64,000 nucleotides of DNA from contig CM059432.1 of the NCBI GenBank assembly GCA_030390025.1, positions 35,900,001 to 35,964,000 on the forward strand, written 5' to 3'. The DNA comes from Squalus acanthias. Its lineage: Eukaryota. How positions within the stretch are numbered: the first letter of the stretch is position 1; each line of letters begins with the position of its first letter. The notes beneath the pieces were generated by a model, which was given only the letters and a program-made list of their open reading frames with translations, did no database searches and had not been told where the DNA came from. This document shows positions 13,443-24,800 of this stretch, in pieces. A program made the translations under genes and the position numbers.

Positions 13443-13899
13443 AGCCGTGGCTCACTGGGTAGCACTCTCACCTCGGAGTCGGAAGGTCATGGGTTCAAGT
13501 CCCACTCCAATGACTTGAGCTCAAAAATCTAGGCTGACACTCCAGTGCAGTGCTGAGGGAGTGCTGCACTGTGGGAGGTGCCGTCTTTCGGATGAGACAT
13601 TAAACCGAGGCCCCATCTGCTCTCTCAGGTGGACATAAAAGATCCCATGGCAGTATTCGAAGAAGAGCAGGGGAGTTTTCCCCGGTGTCCTGGCCAATAT
13701 TTATCCCTCAATCAACATAACTAAAAAAAAACAGATTATCCAGTCATTATTACATTGCTGTTTGTGGGAGCTTGCTGTGCGCAAATTGGCTGCCATGTTT
13801 CCTACATTACAACAGTGACTACACTTCAAAAGTACTTCATTGGCTGTAAAGCGCTTTGGGTGTCCTGAAAGGCACTATATAAATGTAAGTCTTTCTTTC
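13443..13899 (+). mobile_element. SacSINE1/DeuSINE-like tRNA-derived SINE with L2-type tail (near full length)
   Basis: Head AGCCGTGGCTCACTGGGTAGC...GGGTTCAAGTCCC, central GCACTGTGGGAGGTGCCGTCTTTCGGATGAGAC...AAAAGATCCCATGGC, tail CTATATAAATGTAAG. Further copies near 3600-4000(-), 9306-9570 with 10525-10670(+), 12630-13070(-), 17094-17490(+), 19535-19960(+), 21700-22040(-), 26185-26520(-), 40100-40400(+), 41081-41430(+), 45415-45730(-) and 56600-56970(-). Confidence 0.75.
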
Positions 13900-15285
13900 A
13901 AATTAACTACTTTATATAACAAATTCCCACAGAGTTTTAAAGCTTTGTCTGAGTAGCCTATTGTAAAAATGCAATAATATCCTATTGGTACCTCAACTAA
14001 CATCATCTAACTCAGCACAGGAAACAATCCTGCGACCTTCTGGTCTGAATGACTCAGTAACACATGGGATGGTGCCATTGAGCCATCAACAGAACTCTTC
14101 CCCCTGCCCCTACATTATGAGTGCTTTACTTCTTTAGTTACTGAATGGTGAGAGATGTTGGTTAAGTAAATATACACACATGAAGTACATCTACCTGTAT
14201 TCTGTGAGTGTATGTGAGCCGTTTTCGACTAAAATTAGTGCATGTGGCCAAAACAGTGTCGCCGTAGTCACAACCTGTGGCTAGCCAGCAATTTCTATTG
14301 GACAACACTAGTCTAGATCAATCGCCTGGGTGAGTCACAAGCCCCTAGGCCTTCGAGAGTGCCTTCACTAGCCTTACTATCTAGCTAAACATTCAATAAC
14401 AAAAAACCTTGGCCTGTCAATTATTTTAAGCTACTGGAATTATTCTTATGACTCCACAAGTTCTTTCAGAAGGTACTGAAGTAACTAAAGATGAAATTAA
14501 AAGAGACTCAAAACTCAACATGTCCAATCAATGTAGAGTAGCAATAAACAAAGCCAATAGGATGTTGAACTCCATAGTCAAACAGTACACTACAAGTCAG
14601 AGGAGGTAAGGAGCAAACCATACAGTGCTCTGGTCAGACCGCACCTTGAGCACTGTGTCCAGCTCTGGTCACCGAGACACGAGGGAGACATTCAACTGCT
14701 GGAGGCAGTGAAGGAAGAGCCATGAGGCCGGTCCCCAATGTCAGGGGGTATGAGTTATGAGGAAAGACTGGAGAGACTTGGGCTTTCATTTAAATGCAAA
14801 TTAGATAGATTTCTTTCAGAAAATAATACTTTGGGATACAGTATATGAGTAATTTGAGACATGATATGTGGTAAGTGGAGCGAGCTTAGGGAGGATTAGG
14901 TCTCTTTGGACCTATGTTTCCCAAAGCTTTCCACTATTGGGGTTTTCCTCGCGTCATGTCTGGGTCTGTTGTAGACTAATTGATAGAGATTAATTGCCAT
15001 GATTAAGCAACAACTCCATTATCACTGTATCATGTGACCACCAGGATGGTAGAAGGAGAACCAGATAGACCTTGGTCTTTTTTCGTCCGGCAATTCCTAT
15101 GTTCAGCGTGGGAAGGAGGCGTCTAAGAGCTGGTCTTATAGAGGTATATAAGAAAGTGAAGGGAATGGAAAAGGTAAATCCAGAATATTACTTTAGGTTA
15201 AACTGTGAAAGTAGAACAAGGTGACACACGTTCAAACTAGTAAAAGGAGAAATTAGGACTGATATCAGGATATTTTTCACACAGA

Positions 15286-15471
15286 GAGGGTAATTTGAAT
15301 TTTGGGCGATCGTGTACGATGGGCAATATAGAATTGGTGACACATTATACGACCCACCTGATTTTACCTTCCACTAACTTCAATGGAAAGGGAAATCGGG
15401 CGCATTGCGTAATGGTCGGCTAATTCGATATCGCCTGTTGTACACCATCGCCCAAAGTTAAAATTACCCCC
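15286..15471. mobile_element. ~185-bp MITE with ~30-bp terminal inverted repeats, inserted in an old CR1
   Basis: Left GGGTAATTTGAATTTTGGGCGATCGTGTAC is the near reverse complement of right GTACACCATCGCCCAAAGTTAAAATTACCC. CR1 sequence resumes on both sides; related fragments at ~6640, ~12150 and ~21540. Confidence 0.7.
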
Positions 15472-18270
15472 ACAGAGTGATGAACACTTGGAATGGACTC
15501 CCAGGAATAACAGTGGAGGAAAAACTTCAGGAATCATTTAAAAAATTGGTGCTGCAATGAGGAGAGGATCTCTCTGGATGGGCCAAATGGCCTTCCTCAT
15601 CTGTAATTATCTTGTGATCTATCTCCTCGAACAGAGAAAAAAACAAAAAGTTTGTGAACCTAAAAACCTAAATCTGTAATCTCTAAAAAAAAAACCAATT
15701 ACATACACAGCTCCCCTCCTTCTCATCTCCCTACAAGCTGTGCGAGCCAGCTAAACATCTACCCGTCTTTCTATGAAGATTTCAGTTTGTTCGATGCACT
15801 GGGAGGACTGTTTTGGTGTATTTCTTTGTAGAGCACTTGACCTGTTGCCAAGGATCATTAGAAATTGAAAACTGACAGCCTCAGTTCAAAAAAAAACCAG
15901 GCTGTCATATCATTAATGGGCCAATGATGAAGTCTATATCGATTTGCAGATTGTGTTGGACTCTAACTCCCAAGCCTGTTGCCACGGGGACTACAACAAC
16001 AAACTTCGCAACATCCGTAACAAAATAGACTGAGGCTGCAGGTGGCTTTTTAAAATCTAAAGTATTTAGTCAAATTTAAAGGATAGTTACCATACATGAA
16101 GAAGGAGGGGATAGTGGGATATGGGAGCAGGGTGGGAAGAGATTAGATTGGGAAGACGCTCATGTGGAGTGTAAACACTGGCACAGACCAGTTGGGCAGA
16201 ATGGTCTGCTTCTATGCTGTAGAGTCTATGTAAGACCAAGTTAAGACAGCACTGCTTCATATTTGGAATCGTACAATTTTACAACACAGAAGGCAGCCAT
16301 TCGGCCCATCTTGCCTGTGCCAGCTCTCTGAAAGAGCTCTCCACTTAGTCCAATCCCCCTGTCCTTTCTCCACAGCCTTTTACATAAGAACATAAGAATT
16401 AGGAGCAGGTGTAGGCCATACAGCCCCTCGAGCCTCCTTTTCCATTCTGCCTGTCTTTTCGAAACGTCAAGTACCCTGGAATATTTAGTTCCCAACCTTG
16501 GTCACCTTGCAACCACGTCTCTGTAATGGCTGTTAAATCAAAGCCAGTTATCTCTATTTGTGCCACTAATTCGTCTCTCTTGTTACGAGAGCTTCGTGTA
16601 TTCAGATAAAGCGCCTTTAAGTTTAACTTTTTACCATTATTCCCTGCTTTCACCTTATTCGCTTACATTTTTGTATTTCAAATATTTACCCACTTCCCTT
16701 TTAAAAGCGATTATGGATTCTGTTCCCAACGCTGCTTCTGGTTGAGCATTCCATATCCTAGCAATCCTCACTCTGCGTTAAAAGAACATTCTCCTAACCT
16801 CTCCCTTCGTTCTTTTGGTAATGATCTTAAATTGACTCCCCTGTCGTTACTGACTCACTGACCATTTTTCACATACTCTCCCCCATTGAACTCCATACAT
16901 ATGGGGATGCAGCATTCATGAGCATTGACTCTGTTTATTCCTGGTGTGATAGGGTGTAGACATTCCCATTTTAGAAAACATGGCCATGATGGCTCATCAT
17001 GATGTACCCTTCAAGAGCAATGATACTCAAACATTCTTTGTCAATTGTAGAATAAGCCATCACTTGGGGAAACAGCTTACAATGTACAACTGTCAGCCCT
17101 GGCTCAGTGGTAGCGCTCTCACCTCTGAGTCAGAAAGTTGTGGGTTCAAGCCCGACTCCAGAGACTGGCACTTCAGTACAGTACTGGAGGTGTCGTCTTT
17201 CAGCTGAGACGTTAAGCCGAGATCCTGTCTGCCCTCTCAGGTGGACATAAAAGGATCCCATGTCTCTATTCGAAGAAGAGCAGCGTAATACTCCCGGTGT
17301 CCTAGCCAACATTTCTCCCTCAACAACATCATTAAAACAGATTATCTGGTCATTAGCTTGTGGCTGTTTGTGGGAGCTTGCTGTGTGTAAATTGGCTGCT
17401 GTGTTTCCTACATAACAACAGTGACTAGACTTCAAAAGCAATGAACTGACTTTGAAGCACTGTGGGACATACCGAGCTGCTATATAAATGGGGGATGCAA
17501 AAGAGGCCAGAATTGGAAGAACGCAGATTTCTCAGAGGATTGTACGGCTGGAGGAGGTTACAGAGATAGGGAGGGGCAAGGCCATGGCGGGTTGGAACAT
17601 GAGGATGAGAATTTTAAAATCGAGGAGTTGCTGAACCAATGTAGGTCAGCGAGCGCAAGGGTGATGGATGAACGGCACTTGGTGCGATTTAGGATACGGC
17701 AGCAGAGTTTTGGACGAGCTCAAATTTACTGAGGGTGGAAGAAGCCTGTTCTTTTTAGGTTTTACCCTTCTCCCCACGCCACAGTGACATATAAAGGGTG
17801 ATATCATGGGCAATCTTAAGTAAATTGTTTCGAGTCAATCCCGGTACCACTCTCATGGAATTGTAGAGACATACAGCACAGAAGGAGCCCATTCGGCCCA
17901 TCTTGCCTGTGTCAACTCTTTGAAAGAGCTATCCAATTAGTCCCACATCCCTGCTTTTTCCCCATAACCCTGCAATTCTTTCCTTTTCAAGTATAGATCC
18001 AATTCCCTTTTGAAAGTTACTATTGAATCTGCTTCAATTACCTTGTCAGGCAGTGCATTCCAGATCCTAACAACTCGCTACGTAAAAAAAATTCTCCTGA
18101 TTTCCGCCACCCCCCCCTCCCCCATTTCCATAGAATATATCTTGTGATCATTGCTCTATTTTAACAAATTTAGCAAGTGGCCAGTACTCACTGGTGTCTC
18201 TCGCATCCTTGCCACTTTAGTGACATCTCTCTTCCACATAATGGCACTACTTCCTTTATATTGCACTCAG

Positions 18271-19265
18271 TGTGTCTCACCTCCTGACTCCCCAAAGCCT
18301 TTCCACCATCTACAAGGCACAAGTAAGGAGTGTGATGGAATACTCTCCACTTGCCTGGATGACTGCAGCTCCAACAACACTCAAGAGGGCAACACGGTGG
18401 CATAGTGGTTAGCACTGGTGCCTCACAGCGCCAGAGACCCGGGTTCGAATCTGACCTCGGGTGACTGTCTGTGTGGAGTTTGCACATTCTCCCCGTGTCT
18501 GCGTGGGTTTCCTCCGGGTGCTCCGGTTTCCTCCCACAGTCCAAAAATGTGTGGGTTAGGTTGATTTGGCTATGATAAATTGACCCTTAGTGTTAGGGGG
18601 GATTAAATATGTGGGGTTATGGGGATAGGATGGGATATGTTAGGGGGAATTAAATACGTGGGGTTACGGGGGTAGGGTAGGATATGTGTACTGTGGGGAT
18701 TAAAGCAGGGACAGGGTACTGGATTTGGATGATCAGCCATGATCGTATTGAATGGCGGAGCAGGCTCGATGGGCCGAATGGCCTACTCCTGCTCCTAGAT
18801 TCTATGTTTCTATGTTAAGAGGCTCGACACCATCCAGGACAAAGCAGCCCGCTTGATTGGCATCCCATCCACCACCTTAAACATTCACTCCCTCCACCAC
18901 CAGCGTACCGTGGCTGCAGTGTGTACCATCTACAAGATGCACTGCAGCAACTCGCAGAGGCTTCTTCGGCAGCACGTCCCAAACCTGTGACCTCTACCAC
19001 CTAGAGGGACAAGGGCAGCAGGTGCATGGGAACACCACCACCTTCAAGTCACACACCATTCTGACTTGGAAGTATATCACCGTTCCTTCATCGTCGCTGG
19101 GTCAAAATCCTGGAACTCCCTCCCCAACAGCACTGTGGGAGTACCTTTACCACACGGACTGCAGCGGTTCAAGAAGGCGGCTCACCACCACCTTTCAAGG
19201 GCAATTAGAGATGGGTAATAAATGCTGGCCTTACCAGCGATGCCCACATCCCATGAACGAATAAA
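18271..19265 (+). mobile_element. Second LINE family 3' end, interrupted by an HE1-like SINE
   Basis: Colinear with 6035-6600 on both sides of the SINE insertion. Confidence 0.85.
18387..18816 (+). mobile_element. Full-length HE1-like V-SINE with CR1-type tail
   Basis: tRNA-like head GGGCAACACGGTGGCATAGTGG, V-domain, tail ...GGCCTACTCCTGCTCCTAGATTCTATGTTTCTATGTT; short AAGA duplication at both junctions. Confidence 0.82.
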
Positions 19266-21242
19266 ACATTTTTTTTTTGAAGTCCAATAAATTTTCTGCG
19301 TTCGGCTTATATTTTGGACATAATCTCAGGATTTCTCATGCAACATTTTAAGGACATCTATGCTGAGCTTTCACTTGGAAATGTACTGTTAATAAAGTGA
19401 CTGCCCCAGAACGCTGCACCGATCCTTTAGAGGCGACCTTCGGCCTCCTGCTGATGTTACCGCCGGAAAGAGCGCATTGCATGGGAGCTTCTGCGCTGCG
19501 CTCATTTAAATCAGCAGGCAACACCAAATACCGGTGCCACGGCTCACTGGAAGAACTCTTGCCTCTGAGTCAGAAGGTTGTAGGTTCAAGCCCCATTCCA
19601 GGGACCTGAGCACATAATCTAGGCTGATACTCTAGTGCAGTACTGAAGGAGTGCTGCACTGTCGGAGATTCCGTCTAGATGAGACATTAAACCTCTGAGG
19701 TGGACGTAAAAGATCGCATGGCACTATTCGAAATTGAGCAGGTGTCCTGGCCAACACTCAACCCTCAACAAACATCACTAAAACAGATTAAGTGGTCATG
19801 TATCTCATTGCTATTTGTGGGACCTTGCTGTGTGCAAATTGTCTGCTGCGTTTCCTCCATTACACAGTGACTACACTTCAAAAGTATTTAATTGGCTGTA
19901 AAGCACTTTGGGATCTCCTGAGGTCATGAAAGGCTCTATATAAATGCAAGTTCTTTCCTTTAAAGCTGCACCGGGCCGTGACTTTACTCTCTAGACCAGC
20001 GGATCATCCACTACCAAGGTTGCTCCTCGGCAGGTAATAAGTTCAGGAGTGATGGGGAATGGGCCCCCCCAGATTCCCTGTTCTTTCCTGCTGTGAAATG
20101 CCTTCTCTCAACTCCCAGATCACAAATCTTCACACGGAAGCCACCAGTCTGGTAACTGAGGATCATTCCACATTGTATATCCTTCCTTTTGAAGGACTGA
20201 ACAGAGAATTAATAACAGAGAATTAATAAGTCAGTCGGAAAAAATAAATCCCCTAACCATTGAAATGTCTGCTCCGTGCCAGACTTTGTTTCCCCAAGGA
20301 CTCCTGCTCTATTTTCAGGTTGGATTTGTTCCCAATGGAGCAAACAAGGAACTCCCCACATTCAATCCCAGTGGTTGGCTGCTTGGTGCACAGTTGACTC
20401 TCTACAACCAAATGGCAAGGCCTTGGTGGTGCCAATGGCCAGTCTGATTAGAATGAAAAGTCAATGCAGCTTCCTCTGGCTGTTTCTTTCCCCAATTTTT
20501 GTCCTCTCCTCTCGAAAGGAGATCCTAGCTGGGTACGATACCACATGAAATTTCCCATTCTTCATGGGTGAGGCTAGACAATGAGTGCCGACAGGCTAGT
20601 TGACGATGCGGGGCATCATAGCTGTGCCTGATCCTCTCTTCACCCAGCCAATAAACAGCAAAGGTCAATGGAGAACCATTAGGAGTGGGGTCCCTGGCTA
20701 ATTTCCCTCCACCCTAGCACAGGGCTAAATACAAGGCATACATAGAAAATAGTAGGTGGGGAGAAGACAGGCAGACACACAGAGTCAGAGTCAATTGTAC
20801 AGCCCCAGCTGCTGCTCTGGTGAGATCGGCTAACTCAGCACAGGTCGAAGTTCGAACCTGAAACCTTTTGATCTATGCAGCTTAGTGCTGCACCAGGTGG
20901 TACCTTTACTCATTAGCTCAACAGGGTACCAAATGGCAAGGCCTTGGTGGGGCCACTCCTACCTGCTCCAATCCCAATGAACAGTCTGATTAGAATGAAA
21001 AGTCAATGCAACATCGGAACATAGGAACAAGAGTTGGCCATTCTGCCCCTTGAGCCTGCGCCACCATTCGATTAGCCAATTAGATCATCGCTGTTCTGCA
21101 CCTCAACTCCATTTGCCCACCCTTTCTCCATATCTTTGATTCCTTGATACCCTTGCCCAGCAAAAAACTATTGATCTCAGTCTTGCAAGCTCTAATTGTC
21201 CCAGCACTCAGAGCCTTTTCAGCAACAGATGAGATCACTCAC

Positions 21243-21346
21243 CTGTCCACAGCGCAATTTGGAGCCTTTTCATTGGTAACCAGTTTCCAACATTCCTGTC
21301 CCACTTGATTGCCACACTGCCCGACCTGCAGCCAAATGGTGGACAT
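21243..21346 (-). CDS. tubz1: Zeta-tubulin-like gene, first coding exon (exon 21243-21348, ATG at 21346)
   Basis: ccttttcctctag|GA ATG TCC...GTG GAC AG|gtgagt encodes MSTIWLQVGQCGNQVGQECWKLVTNEKAPNCAVD(R), with the tubulin QVGQCGNQ motif. The strong acceptor implies an upstream non-coding exon. Confidence 0.92.
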
Positions 21347-23899
21347 TCCTAGAGGAAAAGGAGAAGATGCTGGTCATTTCCCACACTTTTTAGGGCGAAT
21401 CCCAGTGAACAACGTACGTAGGAAATAGTACGGAATAGGGGAGGAGAGAAACAGATACAAAAGCCTCGATGTTAACCTATCCCGCTCGGTGGCAAAGGGA
21501 CAAGTTCAAGACAGACGTCTGCTTTGCAACCTGACTGATTTTACTCTCCATTGACTTCAAAATTGGGCAGGGTCTAAAATGGGTGTCCGACTCAAACCCA
21601 CCCCATTCCCACTGGGCGGGTTACGTTAAAATTGAGAGTAGACAATAAGAGACAGACAGTGAGTGAAAGAGACAGAGAGACATACACACACAGACAGATA
21701 ACCAGATCTGTTTTAGTGATGTTGGTTTAGGGATCAATATTGGCCATGACACTGAGGAGAACTTCCCTGCTCTTCTTTGTATAGTGGTCATGGGATAGCA
21801 GACAGGGCATTGGTTTAACATCTCATCTGAAGGATAGCACATCCAACAATGCAGCACTCTCTCAGTACTGCACTGAATTGTCAACCTGGATTATGTGCTT
21901 ATAATACTCCTGTGAAGCGCCTTGGGACGTTTTATTACATTAAAGGTGCTATATAAATACAAGTTGTTGTTGTTGTTTAGTCTCTGGAGTGAGGCTTGAA
22001 CCTATGACCTTCTGACTCAGAGGTCAGACTGCTACCACTGAACCTCGGGGGGGGGAAAGCACCATGAAAACCCAAATGTGTTCACTAATGCCCTTCAGGG
22101 AAGGGAACCTGCCACTCCTACTGCTCCAATCCCACACTACGTGGTTGACTCTTAATGGCCTCTGAAGTGGTCTAGCAGTCCACCACCTCCTTCTCAGGGC
22201 AGTAAATGCAATCTTCATACATTGCCCCTATCGGAAAACAAATTTAAAAAAGCTCAGGAGGTTACTAATAACGTACGTTAGACAGATTTCCCCCACCCCA
22301 TTATACTTGAGGACTTGGGGCAAAAAATGTCCCCTGGAAACTCTTTGTGATTTCTTTAATGTTGCAACCATCCACTACCACATCCATGAGAGCCTAGATG
22401 GTGAGTGTTGGTACCACAGTCAGAGAGAGGTTGTTCTTGTTGTATCTTATATGGAAAAAAGGCGGGTAAATGGAGTTGAGGTACAGAGAAGCCATGATCT
22501 AAGAAAATGGCAGAACAGGCTCGATGGGCTGAATAGCCTCCTCCTGTTCTTGGAAAACAGTGTGAAGCAGCAGAGGGATTCTCAGGCTGGTTAACAGTCT
22601 GACAGGCCACGACGTGAACACTGCTTCCTTGGCCATAACTATCTTTATACCAGACGATTGGGTGGTTAGGCCTTTATGGCGGGAGCATTTTACGGGCTCC
22701 CACAACCCATACGATGAAGGGGGGGCCAGCGACAGCCACCAGACATGAGTATCCCACTGAATGTCAACCCACTATTTAGAGCTGGAGCTCCAGTCGCCAG
22801 GACTGTCTGGGGTTCAATTTTTTTTTATTCGTTCCTGGGATGTGGGCGTCGCTAGCCAGGCCAGCATTTATTGCCCATCCCTAACTGCCCTTGAGAAGGT
22901 GGTGGTGAGCCGCCTTCTTGAACCGCTGCAGTCCGTGTGGTGAAGGTACTCCCACAGTGCTGTTATGGAGGGAGTTCCAGGATTTTGACCCAGCGACGAT
23001 GAAGGAACGGCGATATACTTCCAACTCAGGGTGGTGTGTGACTTGGAGGGGAACTTGGAATCCTGCACCTTCTGACTTAGAAGTGGGAAGGGTACCACTA
23101 AGCCAAGTATCACTCCCCCAGGTAGGTGAAGGGTACTAAGGCAGGAGAGTCAGTAACCAGAGGACTCAGATTTAAAATAATTGGCAAAAGAACCAGAGGG
23201 GCGATGAGGATAATTTGTTTTACGCAGAGTTGTTATAATCTGGAATGCACTGCCTTAAAGGACAGTGTAAAGCAGATTCCATAGCAATTTTCAAAAGGGA
23301 ACTGGATATATATTTGAAAAGGAAAATTTTTCAGGGCTGTGGGAAAAGAGCAGGAGAGTGGGACTAATTGGATAGCTCTTTCAAAGAGCCGGCACAGTCA
23401 TGATGGGTTGAGTGGCCTCCTTCTGTGCTGTAAAATTCTAGGATTCAACTGTGTCAAAGGTCTGGGGGAGTCTGAAAGCTGTTTAACTTTCTGCTGTCTC
23501 CAAAAACTCTGAACACACCAGCAATGCACGTGTTATCATACTGTACAGTGTTATACATTAATTCAATTGGTCACAGTCTGTTGCCTGGGTATTGTATCAG
23601 AGAGAAAAAAACTGAAAGTGCCTGGCGGTTAAGGAACGATTCATGAAATTGCCTCTCAATATCCCAATCTGCATCGCTCCAAATGGACAAAGTTCGTGTT
23701 GAACCCGATTCATTAAAAAAAAGTTGCAGGAAGAGTTTTAAAAAAATGATTTATAAGCCGAATTAACGATCCAAGATTCCTTTTGTTCCCCAAGTTATTG
23801 CCAAGTGTGTTTTTTGAGTCATGTCTGCTACCGATATTTTTTTAAATAGTTTCACCTTTGAGAAAAAAATCAGAACAAGAGTAATTCCAAAAACAAACA

Positions 23900-24339
23900 C
23901 ACGACTAACTGCGGAGAAACAGACACAAACCTGACGATTTTCAGCAGTAACTCCGCATGAATAATAATAAAATGTCTCTTGTTGTGTAAGTGTCACAAGC
24001 CGGCCAGACACTTTCAATTGGCCCGGGCAACTGTCAGTTTCACAGGAAAGTCCCAGTCACTTTAAAAAAAACTCTTCTTGTTTCATTTCCGTTTGTTACG
24101 GAGCGACGTACATCGTCCCAGTGTTCTTTCTCGAGGCTAAAAAAAATACACACACACACATATATATATAATGTGTGCTTAAAACAAGAGAGAAACCAGA
24201 AAGAAAAAAAATACAAATTAAAATGGCTTTAAATGTAAAAAATTCCGTTCCTTTCTGATGAAAGATTTTTTTTCACGTTGCAATTTTTTTTTGCAGAGGC
24301 AAAACAGGGATTAAAAAAACGATCGTGTGCCTGGTGTTT

Positions 24340-24371
<32 letters not shown>

Positions 24372-24765
24372 GGGTACAATAATATATAAATATATAAGGA
24401 AGGATGTTTTAGAGAGAAGGGCTTCGTGTGTGGATTCCACACGGCGACCGGCGGCGGAGCAGCGAGCATGGAATGAAGCTGAAGGGCAACATTTGTATCG
24501 GATCGGAAGAGAGAATTGATACAAAAAGGTTCGATTTTGGAACGTCGCGGGCGCCGGGATTCTAATTTCGGAACGTCGAGTTGCCACTCGCTCCGGGAGG
24601 AAAAGTCTCAACGTTCCAAACGAAGGTGGAAAATAAATTTACAAAGGAGGAAATTTACACGCCGGCTCGGAGAATCGTTGGGAGATTTTTTTTTCTCGTT
24701 GTTTTATTATTATTTTTTCTTTTTAATGCTGAATGTTTTGAGTAAAATAGCGCCGCTCGGTGAAG
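23900..24765. promoter_or_regulatory. Repeat-free, CpG-enriched putative bidirectional promoter / 5' UTR region between the tubulin gene and SETD2
   Basis: High CpG density at 24420-24800 against a CpG-poor background. Lies between two divergent first coding exons; candidate minus-strand donor CAG|GTTTGT at 23931/23930. Confidence 0.6.
24340..24370. repeat. (TA)n(CA)n microsatellite in the promoter region
   Basis: Direct reading of the sequence. Confidence 0.9.
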
Positions 24766-24800
24766 ATGGGGGACGCTTATGACCCAGAGCACCCGACCGA
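24766..24800 (+). CDS. setd2: Histone H3K36 methyltransferase SETD2, coding exon 1
   Basis: AAG ATG G...ACC GA|gtaagt encodes MGDAYDPEHPT(E), matching recalled human MGDFYDPEHPTP. In-frame TAG upstream at 24748; phase 2 donor. Confidence 0.92.

Noticed and set aside
13443..13520. tRNA-like sequences (also at 18387, 17094, 41081 and 57289)
   Set aside because: These are SINE heads continuing into SINE bodies, not tRNA genes.
4100..21346. Assignment as delta-, alpha-, beta- or gamma-tubulin
   Set aside because: No MREI/MREC start, the N-domain is too short, and WLQVGQ/RGRGNNWA differ from recalled delta (TVQLGQ/SGSGNNWA). Zeta is preferred pending phylogeny.
22580..22800. ~190-bp similarity to 35405-35580, considered as a duplicated regulatory element
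   Set aside because: Both copies are diverged and lie near reversed SINE-head-like sequence, so a dispersed repeat family is the simpler explanation.
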